Positions 56,863 to 64,000 of a stretch of 64,000 bases of DNA are shown in pieces. The stretch covers positions 1 to 64,000 of the forward strand of contig CDROCS010004715.1 of assembly GCA_977020255.1 (NCBI GenBank), given 5' to 3'. The position numbers were made by a program, and so were the translations under genes. Origin of the DNA: Obrimoposthia wandeli. Taxonomy: Eukaryota. The notes beneath the pieces were generated by a model. That model was not told where the DNA came from. It worked only from the letters and a program-made list of their open reading frames with translations, and made no database searches. Positions within the stretch are counted from its first letter, which is position 1, and every line of letters begins with the position of its first letter.

Positions 56863-57252
56863 ATGATTAAAAATCAAGCTGCACGATTAATCCTACTCCC
56901 GCTACTGGCATCACTTCTGTTAATGGCAGGGTGCTCTGAAACCGTCAATATCCAGCTGGAATCGGAAGTCGGTGCCTACCTAGTTACCGATAGTAAGACA
57001 AAGATAAATCTAGTTGAAACGGATCTAGCGCATCTTGAACTCAATAATTGGTTAGAAGAAAATCAAACGGGCTGGCACAAAACCTCGGGGCGATTTCAAG
57101 GAGGTGTTTATATAAAATCGGGTGTTAACGGAATTCAAGTCACCGGGGTGGAGATTATTATCTACTCAACTACAGGATTAGAACCTGAAGCAAAGTTTGT
57201 TAGATTTCTAGGTAAAACTGAACTTCCCCTCGTTAGAGCAATAGGGCAGTAG
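56863..57252 (+). CDS. Putative lipoprotein
   Basis: Signal peptide with a lipobox-like LMAG/C. Confidence 0.7.
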   Translation: MIKNQAARLILLPLLASLLLMAGCSETVNIQLESEVGAYLVTDSKTKINLVETDLAHLELNNWLEENQTGWHKTSGRFQGGVYIKSGVNGIQVTGVEIIIYSTTGLEPEAKFVRFLGKTELPLVRAIGQ

Positions 57253-57390
57253 TTTTACTGACAGAATAAGTGTTTTCATTTGAGTGGTGTGACCAGAAGT
57301 AAATGGTCATGTTATGCGCAGTTGCACGGAAAGAGTATTCTTAATGCGCGTATGTACTAGCAGTGTTTAAAATGATTCCACTTTCAACCA

Positions 57391-57421
57391 GAAAAGACTC
57401 CACCGTATGGTAAGGAGTCTT
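57391..57421 (-). terminator. Terminator downstream of desB
   Basis: aagactcc / ggagtctt stem with a T-run on the minus strand. Confidence 0.65.
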
Positions 57422-57443
57422 ATTCATCTTACTATTAATCGGC

Positions 57444-58502
57444 TTAAGCTGATTTTGGCTCTGGAAAAGAGTGTACTACAATGCGTTTAAGTACACTGGT
57501 GTACTGCTTGAAGAATGATCCTGTGTGATAGGGGATACCTAGCTCTTTTGCTATCTTTTGTACTTTTGGTGATATTTCTGCATAGCGGTGTGCTGGTAGG
57601 TCCGGAAATAGGTGATGCTCTACTTGAAAGCTAAGGTTGCCACTTAATGTGTGTAATAACGGGCTGCCTTGAAAATTGGCTGATCCCAGCATTTGACGGT
57701 AATACCAATGCCCTTTAGTTTCGTTTTCACACTCTTCAATAGAGAAGGTTTCTACTTCTCCTGGGAAGTGGCCACAAAAAATAATGGTTGAGGTCCACAA
57801 GTTGCGAATTAGATTGGCAGCGATATTACCTAGCAATACGGGTAAGAAAAATGGGCCAGCAATGAGCGGGAAAAATATGTAGTCTTTAAATATTTGGCGC
57901 GCTCCTTTTCTGCCAAATTGCTTTAAGAAAGGCTTCTTTTCTTTTAGGCTTACGTCGCCCTTCAGGATGCCACCAAAATTCAATTCATGTAGCGCAACGC
58001 CCCACTGGAAAAATATACTGAGCAAACTGTAATAGATCACTTGGAATAAGTTGGCAGGGTGCCATTTTTCTTTATGGGTTAGGCGCAGCAGGTCATAACC
58101 ATAGTCGCGGTCTTTGCCCAGAATGTTGGTATAGGTATGGTGTTCGTGGTTGTGTGTTTCTTTCCACGACTCGCCAGGGCAGGCGGTATCCCAGTCATAG
58201 GTCTTGGAATTGATATGTGGGTCATTCATCCAGTCGTATTGGCCGTGCATAACATTGTGACCAATTTCCATGGTCTCCAATATTTTTGAAAGGCCTAACA
58301 ATCCTGCGCCTGCTGCCCAGGGTATCGGATTAAAGCCGAACATGAGGAGTAGTCTGCCGCTTATTTCGCAGCTGCGCTGTATGCGGATGATTTTGTGTAT
58401 ATGTTTAGCATCGCGATCACCCAAGTCGGTGATGACTTCATCACGAATAGCATTAAGTGATTGCTCTAATTGTAATAATTTTTCTGCATTAGGTTTTGGC
58501 AT
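57444..58502 (-). CDS. desB: Acyl-CoA desaturase (DesB family)
   Basis: His boxes HNVMH, HNHEHH, QVEHH; GNLSFQVEHHLFPDLP. Confidence 0.92.
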   Translation of the reverse strand: MPKPNAEKLLQLEQSLNAIRDEVITDLGDRDAKHIHKIIRIQRSCEISGRLLLMFGFNPIPWAAGAGLLGLSKILETMEIGHNVMHGQYDWMNDPHINSKTYDWDTACPGESWKETHNHEHHTYTNILGKDRDYGYDLLRLTHKEKWHPANLFQVIYYSLLSIFFQWGVALHELNFGGILKGDVSLKEKKPFLKQFGRKGARQIFKDYIFFPLIAGPFFLPVLLGNIAANLIRNLWTSTIIFCGHFPGEVETFSIEECENETKGHWYYRQMLGSANFQGSPLLHTLSGNLSFQVEHHLFPDLPAHRYAEISPKVQKIAKELGIPYHTGSFFKQYTSVLKRIVVHSFPEPKSA

Positions 58503-58514
58503 AATTAGTTCCTT

Positions 58515-59624
58515 CTAAAGCTCTATTGTTACTTCACCGACCGGTACCGAGACACATAGTTGTATGTCTTCTTGCCCTGTGTCGGAATAGCTGTCTGTCA
58601 AGGTGTTATAAACCACACCACTTTTTTTGCGGCAGGAGCACTTGTGGCAAATGCCCATGCGGCAGCCTGATTCAGGTTGTAATCCGTTGTTTTCTGCTAG
58701 GTCTAATAGGTTGGTATTGGTACCCAACTCGGCGCTCTTACGCGATTGGCTGAAGTTCACTGTGCCCGCTTTTTTCAACTTGCTGAAATCGACAGGGGCG
58801 GGGCCAAAGCGCTCTATATAAATATTTTTTTCATTTACTTTGGCGTTTAGCAGTAACTTGTTAACTTCTTGAATCATGCTGTTTGGGCCACAGAGGTAGA
58901 TGTCGTAATCACGATAATTGGGATACTTTTTCTTCAAATGTTTTAGAGAAAAATGCCCCATTTCTGTAGTACTGATTAAATGAGTATCTAAGTTCTTGTT
59001 GCCGTAACTGATGCTGTTCAGTTCTTTATTGAATAAGTGCTCATTCGGATTGCGAGCGTAATAGAGCAAGCTTGCCTTTTGAGTGGGTCCTATATTTGAC
59101 TGATTGCGTAAATAGCTGCGAAATGGCGTGATACCACTGCCACCAGCAATCATAAGAATAGGGCGTGACCTATCTTTAATGATGAAGTCGCCTTGAGCAG
59201 CAGACAGTCCGACTGTGCTATTTTCATTTAGGGCTTGTTTTAACCACGGGGTGATACGGCCTTTGTCTTGGGCGCGGATGGTTAACTCTATCGTACCAAG
59301 CTGAGTGTACTGTTCGGGTGCCGAAGATATGCTGAAACAGCGCGATACTTTTGCGCCGTTTTTGATGACTTGCAGCTCTACATATTGCCCCGGCTGAAAA
59401 CCCTGCCATTTTTTAGTAGGCTTAAGTACTAAGGTGTAGCAATTTTGGCTTTCGCTACGCACTTGTTTTACTTGGGCGCGATAGTCGTTGGCGCTCCACA
59501 ACGGGAATAGTGGTTGAATTAATGGTTCGGCATACGACTTTATATTGGCATTGTTGACTAGGGCCATTGATAGTTCGGTATAGGCTTTGCGTAACCATGT
59601 GTTTTTGTCTTGTATGTTAGGCAT
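58515..59624 (-). CDS. Ferredoxin reductase (FAD/NAD domains plus C-terminal 2Fe-2S), electron donor for the desaturase
   Basis: RCFSISS, IAGGSGITPF, YLCGP, CRMGICHKC...C; ATG 59624 after a GGAGG-like RBS. Confidence 0.92.
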   Translation of the reverse strand: MPNIQDKNTWLRKAYTELSMALVNNANIKSYAEPLIQPLFPLWSANDYRAQVKQVRSESQNCYTLVLKPTKKWQGFQPGQYVELQVIKNGAKVSRCFSISSAPEQYTQLGTIELTIRAQDKGRITPWLKQALNENSTVGLSAAQGDFIIKDRSRPILMIAGGSGITPFRSYLRNQSNIGPTQKASLLYYARNPNEHLFNKELNSISYGNKNLDTHLISTTEMGHFSLKHLKKKYPNYRDYDIYLCGPNSMIQEVNKLLLNAKVNEKNIYIERFGPAPVDFSKLKKAGTVNFSQSRKSAELGTNTNLLDLAENNGLQPESGCRMGICHKCSCRKKSGVVYNTLTDSYSDTGQEDIQLCVSVPVGEVTIEL

Positions 59625-59647
59625 CGATCGCCCTCCCTTCCTTAAGT

Positions 59648-59663
59648 GTGTACAGTTGTACAC
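59648..59663. promoter_or_regulatory. DesT/FabR-like operator of the reductase-desB operon
   Basis: Perfect GTGTACA-gt-TGTACAC palindrome 23 bp upstream of the reductase start. Confidence 0.72.
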
Positions 59664-59852
59664 TTATATTGTAATTTTTACCAGCGAGGGATTTGGCGTA
59701 TTTGACCGTGTATTTAGAATAGTTCAATTAAAACAGTAACTTAGTGCAGGTTGCGGGTATAAAAAAAAGTGCACAAATAAGAACTAAGTTGTATTTGTGT
59801 CGGTTTTTAGGCCAAGAGTATCGTGATGGATGATCGTTTGTTGTTGTTTTTT

Positions 59853-59868
59853 GTGTACACTTGAGCAC
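59853..59868. promoter_or_regulatory. DesT/FabR-like operator upstream of desT (autoregulation)
   Basis: GTGTACA-ct-TGAGCAC, same geometry with 2 mismatches. Confidence 0.55.
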
Positions 59869-59914
59869 ATGTTAAGGTGCAGTGAAATGCAACCGTTTAA
59901 TGAATGGGAAGGGT

Positions 59915-60598
59915 ATGGTCAGTCAGGTAGATAGAAAATTAAGAACCCGTAAAGCCCTGATGGATAGTGCCTTGGCGCTGGTCGCAGAGGGTAGCCACTA
60001 TTCTAGCTTGAGCTTACGAGAAGTGGCTAAACGCGCGGGAGTGGTGCCGAATGCCTTTTACCGACACTTTAAAGATTTAGATGAGTTGGGTTTGGCTTTA
60101 GCTGACGAATTTGGCTTGTTGCTGCGCCAGATTATGCGTCAAGCTCGATTACAAGGCTTGGCCGCAGACAGCATGATTTCTGATTCGGTTAACTTCTATA
60201 TAGAGCATGTACAAAAAGATCCCGCGTTGTTTCGCTTTATGGCACAAAGTCTTACGGGGGGGTCAGCCGCTATGCGTGAAGCCATGCGTAATGAACTTGG
60301 GCACTTTGCTAAAGAGATGGTAATGGATCTGAGCCGTCTAGGCATACTTACCCATATCAGTGGCATAGATATGGATATGCTAGGGCACCTAGTTGTCCAT
60401 ACTGTTTCTGGCACGACGACTGAAGTATTAGATCTGCCAGAAAGCAGTGGCAATATGATTGAGGCCGTTCGTGAGCGCACCATTAAGCAGGTACGCTTGA
60501 TATTTTTGGGGGCAAGCGTCTGGGATGTTGAAAGCGAGAAGCAAAAAAAGCTAGAAGATAAGGCTAATCGCAAAAAAAAGAAGCCTAAATCAGAGTAA
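59915..60598 (+). CDS. desT: TetR family regulator (DesT/FabR-like)
   Basis: SLSLREVAKRAGVVPNAFYRHFKDLDELG HTH; divergent from the desaturase operon. Confidence 0.85.
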   Translation: MVSQVDRKLRTRKALMDSALALVAEGSHYSSLSLREVAKRAGVVPNAFYRHFKDLDELGLALADEFGLLLRQIMRQARLQGLAADSMISDSVNFYIEHVQKDPALFRFMAQSLTGGSAAMREAMRNELGHFAKEMVMDLSRLGILTHISGIDMDMLGHLVVHTVSGTTTEVLDLPESSGNMIEAVRERTIKQVRLIFLGASVWDVESEKQKKLEDKANRKKKKPKSE

Positions 60599-60734
60599 AT
60601 AGAAAAGCTTTTAGATCGATGCTTAAGAGGGATTGCACCGACTCTTAGGTACTCGCCCAAGATGCCGTGTACACTGCACGGTGTATGACGCTATTTTTAA
60701 AAGTCTGCGCCCCTATTTCATGAGAAGTCACCCT

Positions 60735-62096
60735 ATGTCAACCCCCCCTATATTAAGTCAAGAGAAGCAATCTATTCCGCGTGCGCTGATCGTCGCGGTG
60801 CAATTAGACAGTGTTAGCGATGTTGAATTCGAATCGTCGCTGTCCGAATTGGCTGATCTGGCAAAGACCTTAGGGCTAGAGGTGGTGGGTCAATTTACCC
60901 AAAAGCGTTCGGCTTTCGATTCGACGGCGTATATGGGGGTCGGTAAGCGTGATGAGATACGACAATTTTTAGAAGGTGACAAAGCTGACTCGGCTAGGTT
61001 GTCGCGGATTGACCCGCAGGCGGCGACTAATCCAATAGAGTATGTTCTAGTCGATCATGAAATCTCGCCGTCGCAGTCACTCAATCTGGAAAATGAAGTT
61101 GATTGCGAAGTAATGGATCGCACGGTGGTGATTCTCGAGATTTTTCATCGAAATGCCAGCTCTCACGCCGCTAAGGTGCAAGTTGAGATTGCACGCCTAA
61201 CCTATATGGCGCCGCGTTTACGTGAAGCAGCCAAGCGCGAAGGGCCGTCAGGAAGACAGCGTAGCGGTACCGGCGGACGTGGTACGGGGCAGTCACGTGC
61301 CCAGACCGATAGTCAAAAAGTTCGCGATCGTATTGCTGAGCTGCAAAAAGAAATTGATGCCATGGAGGCGGCGCGCGATACCCAGCGAGCATTGCGTCTA
61401 GGGCAAGCGGGAGTATCACAGGTGGCGTTGGTCGGTTATACCAACGCGGGTAAATCAACCTTGATGCGCGCTTTGACGGGTAAAGAAATTTTAGTGGCGA
61501 ATAAGCTGTTTGCCACGCTGGATACTAAGGTACGCACCTTGATACCCGCCAGTGTGCCGAAGGTATTGGTGAGCGATACGGTTGGTTTTATCAAAAACTT
61601 ACCTCACGGGCTGGTTGCTTCGTTTAAGTCAACGTTAGACGAAGCCCTTAGCGCAGCGCTGTTGTTGCACGTTATTGACGCAGGCGACCCAGGGTTTGAG
61701 GCGCAGCTTGCAGTAACCGATAAGGTATTGGCTGAGATTGGTGCTGATGTTGTGCCGCGCATTCGGGTATTCAATAAAATTGACTATTTACCCGATGCGG
61801 CCTCAGAAGAAGAACGTACTGCGGAGCTAGAAGCCAAATATCCTGGCTGTATTGTTCTTAGTGCGCGCCGTAAAGACGATATAACGCAGTTGCATCAGTC
61901 GATTGTGAAATTTTTTCAAAAGGATCTGATTGAATCTGAACTCTTTTTACCTTGGTCAGCACAGGCGTTGCGTGGCGAGATTTTTACTACTTGCGAAGTG
62001 CTTGAAGAACGTGCCGATGAAGAGGGTGCATTTTTCCGCTTTCGCGCCTCAGCGGATGTGGTCGATCGGTTGGATAAGCTTGTAGGCGATGCGTGA
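60735..62096 (+). CDS. hflX: HflX-family GTPase (stand-alone paralog)
   Basis: DRT.VILEIF, QVEIARL.Y, GYTNAGKST (G1), LFATLDT (G2), DTVGF (G3), NKID (G4); no hfq/hflK/hflC neighbours; the ORF track starts at 60633. Confidence 0.92.
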   Translation: MSTPPILSQEKQSIPRALIVAVQLDSVSDVEFESSLSELADLAKTLGLEVVGQFTQKRSAFDSTAYMGVGKRDEIRQFLEGDKADSARLSRIDPQAATNPIEYVLVDHEISPSQSLNLENEVDCEVMDRTVVILEIFHRNASSHAAKVQVEIARLTYMAPRLREAAKREGPSGRQRSGTGGRGTGQSRAQTDSQKVRDRIAELQKEIDAMEAARDTQRALRLGQAGVSQVALVGYTNAGKSTLMRALTGKEILVANKLFATLDTKVRTLIPASVPKVLVSDTVGFIKNLPHGLVASFKSTLDEALSAALLLHVIDAGDPGFEAQLAVTDKVLAEIGADVVPRIRVFNKIDYLPDAASEEERTAELEAKYPGCIVLSARRKDDITQLHQSIVKFFQKDLIESELFLPWSAQALRGEIFTTCEVLEERADEEGAFFRFRASADVVDRLDKLVGDA

Positions 62097-62190
62097 TGAT
62101 ATTCTGCAAGTGCCTTATAGCAAATTGCTTGAGGCGCTCGTAGATTTACTTTTCTGTTAAGTAGATAAGAAATTAACAAGGAACGTTATT

Positions 62191-62601
62191 ATGGGCTCTA
62201 TGAAAACAAATCGATCTCTAACCATTTGGATTATTACCGTACTCTCTGTGTTGTTTGGTTTACTCACTATAAAATCTGGCGGTTCGGTTTTATTTATTGA
62301 TGGTATCGCACGTGAAGAAGCCGGAAATTACGTTCCCTTTGTACTCTGGTTTAATTTTTTAGCTGGATTTATCTACCTGTTTGCGGGAGCAGGTTTGTTC
62401 ATGCAGAAGCGCTGGGCAGCTTGGCTAGCAATGATCATTGCTAGCTCTACTATTTTCGTCTTTATATACCTTGGGTTTCATATATTGAATGGTGGGGCGT
62501 TTGAAGCGCGAACGGTTGCTGCGATGAGTTTACGTAGTTTAGTTTGGGCATTGATTTCTATATTTGCTTATCGAAAAATTATTAAGTCGTTACTGGTATA
62601 G
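62191..62601 (+). CDS. Hypothetical membrane protein (about 4 TM)
   Basis: AAGGA RBS; hydrophobic helices; GNYVPFVLWFNF motif. Confidence 0.75.
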   Translation: MGSMKTNRSLTIWIITVLSVLFGLLTIKSGGSVLFIDGIAREEAGNYVPFVLWFNFLAGFIYLFAGAGLFMQKRWAAWLAMIIASSTIFVFIYLGFHILNGGAFEARTVAAMSLRSLVWALISIFAYRKIIKSLLV

Positions 62602-62623
62602 GGTATTTAGATATGTGTAACGT

Positions 62624-63220
62624 ATGAAAAATTTATTTATCTTGTTGATAGTCATTACTGCTGGTTGGAAGCTTTTCAATTATTCAGGTCAAGTAGTGCT
62701 GGGGCCTGGGGTATTGGCTAAGGAGTTACCTTTTCAAGTCGCGATTGGCTCATCGGCCATTCGCGAGATAGGTGAATATTCAATTACTGAATTGGCAAGA
62801 TTTAGTATTAAAGCAAAAGTGCTGTCAAAAACAGATTATTACTTTGATCGAGGTGCTGATCTATCACCGACTGATTTAGCCTTGGGCTGGGGGAGGATGT
62901 CGGATGAAGGGGTTCTCGAGACTATTGATATATCGCAATCGGGCCGATTCTACCGTTGGTATGTGGATGCGTTTCCAATTCCACGGGGTGAGATACAAAC
63001 GCATAGCGCCAATATGCATCTCATTCCCGCTAATGATTCCGTCGCAAATGATATTGCCAGCGTTCGAGCAGGGGAGATTGTTGAGATATCGGGCAGTTTG
63101 GTCGAGGTAAAGTCTAACGATGATGGTTGGCGCTGGAGAAGTTCCCTTACGCGTAAGGATACTGGAGACGGAGCCTGCGAGTTGATTTTGGTTGAGAGTC
63201 TGCGAATTGTTTCTCCATAA
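62624..63220 (+). CDS. Hypothetical exported or membrane-anchored protein
   Basis: N-terminal hydrophobic segment; SPTDLALGWG, SANMHLIPA, SSLTR.DTGDGACE motifs suggest a conserved family. Confidence 0.75.
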   Translation: MKNLFILLIVITAGWKLFNYSGQVVLGPGVLAKELPFQVAIGSSAIREIGEYSITELARFSIKAKVLSKTDYYFDRGADLSPTDLALGWGRMSDEGVLETIDISQSGRFYRWYVDAFPIPRGEIQTHSANMHLIPANDSVANDIASVRAGEIVEISGSLVEVKSNDDGWRWRSSLTRKDTGDGACELILVESLRIVSP

Positions 63221-63324
63221 GAAGGTAATCAAGGCGTGCGCTTCCTAACACATACACCAGTTCTTGAGCGTTAGGCCTATATTGACTACAATGGGTCACT
63301 TTTATATTTTACGTCAGGCCAAAC

Positions 63325-63573
63325 ATGAACGACACTAGCTCACTACCTGCTTTACCAGATCGCCTTTCGGGTAATGCCCGTAGCCCATTCCACGTGGAAG
63401 AAATTTTCGAGCACAATATTCGTATACTGCTTAACGATAAAGAGCGTTTTGATGTTGAGGAATATTGCATCAGTGAAGGCTGGGTAATGGTTCCTTCTCC
63501 TAAAGCGTTGGATCGTCGCGGACAGCCGTTGATGATGAAGTTGAAAGGAAAAGTTGAAGCCTTATACGGTTAA
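63325..63573 (+). CDS. DUF3297 family protein
   Basis: LPDRLS...SPF, KERFDVEEYCISEGWV, DRRGQPL...KGKVE. Confidence 0.8.
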   Translation: MNDTSSLPALPDRLSGNARSPFHVEEIFEHNIRILLNDKERFDVEEYCISEGWVMVPSPKALDRRGQPLMMKLKGKVEALYG

Positions 63574-63583
63574 GACTTATTTG

Positions 63584-63607
63584 TCTCAAATACTCCTGTA
63601 TTTGAGA
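63584..63607 (+). terminator. Stem-loop after the DUF3297 gene
   Basis: tctcaaatac-tcct-gtatttgaga perfect 10-bp stem. Confidence 0.5.
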
Positions 63608-63870
63608 TGTGTTGTTGATAGCTCAGATTTGCTATCAGCAACCCTTACTAATCAAGCAGCTCTTATTAATCAAGCAACTTCTCAAGCACCGTTCTGTATT
63701 CCTTCCTAAACACTTATTTTGTTAATTTTTATAACTTCTCAAGACTATTGCGACGAAAAAACCGATAATCCCCACCATTAAGATCAATTCGCTGTCTGGT
63801 CGTTATATGCCTTAATTAAAGTAGGGATATAGCGTTTCCATGTGCAGAGCTCTACGGTGGAAGCCAATCA

Positions 63871-64000
63871 ATGGAAATCAAAGTAAATTTTCTCGACAAC
63901 CTCAGACTTGAAGCTAAGTTTGACGATTATACTGTCATCACTGATCAGCCTATTCGCTACAAAGGTGATGGTTCAGCGCCTAGCCCGTTTGATTATTTCC
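63871..64000 (+). CDS. 3'-truncated OsmC-domain protein (N-terminus typical of OsmC/YcaO-domain fusion proteins)
   Basis: Not in the ORF track; MEIKVNFLDNLRLEAKFDDYTVITDQPIRYKGDGSAPSPFDYF runs off the window end. Confidence 0.8.
   Translation, partial: MEIKVNFLDNLRLEAKFDDYTVITDQPIRYKGDGSAPSPFDYF

Noticed and set aside
60196-60660. 154-aa minus-strand ORF
   Set aside because: Antisense shadow of the TetR gene; no motif.
158-63232. Remaining short ORFs in the track that overlap called genes (e.g. 1988..2170, 3587..3919, 14316..14648, 26110..26451, 44006..44305, 62876..63232)
   Set aside because: Antisense or alternative-frame shadows of well-supported genes, without RBS or motifs.
63649-63688. 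taatcaagca repeats upstream of the OsmC-like gene
   Set aside because: Two to three short imperfect copies; insufficient for a CRISPR, iteron or operator call.
1-64000. tRNA, rRNA, CRISPR array, prophage or intact IS
   Set aside because: No cloverleaf, rRNA-like tract, repeat-spacer array, phage gene or full transposase found by eye; tRNAscan/Infernal/CRISPR tools would be needed to exclude small RNAs.

Overview
This is 64 kb of an AT-leaning gammaproteobacterial chromosome. The pyrD-rmf-rlmKL order, the desT-oxidoreductase-desB unit and the moxR/bat operon suggest a marine Oceanospirillales/Pseudomonadales-type organism (inference). I saw no rRNA, tRNA, CRISPR array, prophage or intact IS. 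All family names come from motif recognition; no database search was run. Layout: (1) 1-13.6 kb is an accessory block of secreted ricin-lectin proteins: a truncated Cys-repeat/ricin protein, a PI-PLC-ricin enzyme and two sphingomyelinase paralogs with different C-terminal domains. It also holds a ~750-bp direct duplication of an unknown 185-aa gene (offset exactly 4244 bp) bracketing a GST and a hybrid kinase. (2) 13.9-37.7 kb holds lipid and core genes: GlxA/AraC regulator, acyl-CoA dehydrogenase, crotonase, delta-9 desaturase, DUF523, radD, a response regulator-CheC-GGDEF unit, thioesterase, the moxR-bat operon and NAD-glutamate dehydrogenase. (3) 37.7-45.7 kb is the best candidate for an uncharacterised system: a tightly coupled 8-gene minus-strand operon, XpaC-like / TelA / DUF4178-like / membrane-anchored Gly-Ser-Arg-Tyr-tailed protein / DUF350 / membrane-bound aminopropyltransferase / TVGYG K+ channel / SAM decarboxylase. 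(4) 45.8-52.7 kb holds an RlmI-like methyltransferase, pyrD, rmf, rlmKL and amt with a sigma54 promoter. (5) 52.7-57.3 kb is an AT-rich patch with a membrane-anchored WYL-like protein, a 691-aa orphan and an unannotated RAYT-type transposase relic. (6) 57.4-64 kb holds desB, its ferredoxin reductase and desT with FabR/DesT-like operators (a third copy lies before the distant delta-9 desaturase), a stand-alone hflX paralog, small hypotheticals and the start of an OsmC/YcaO-type gene.
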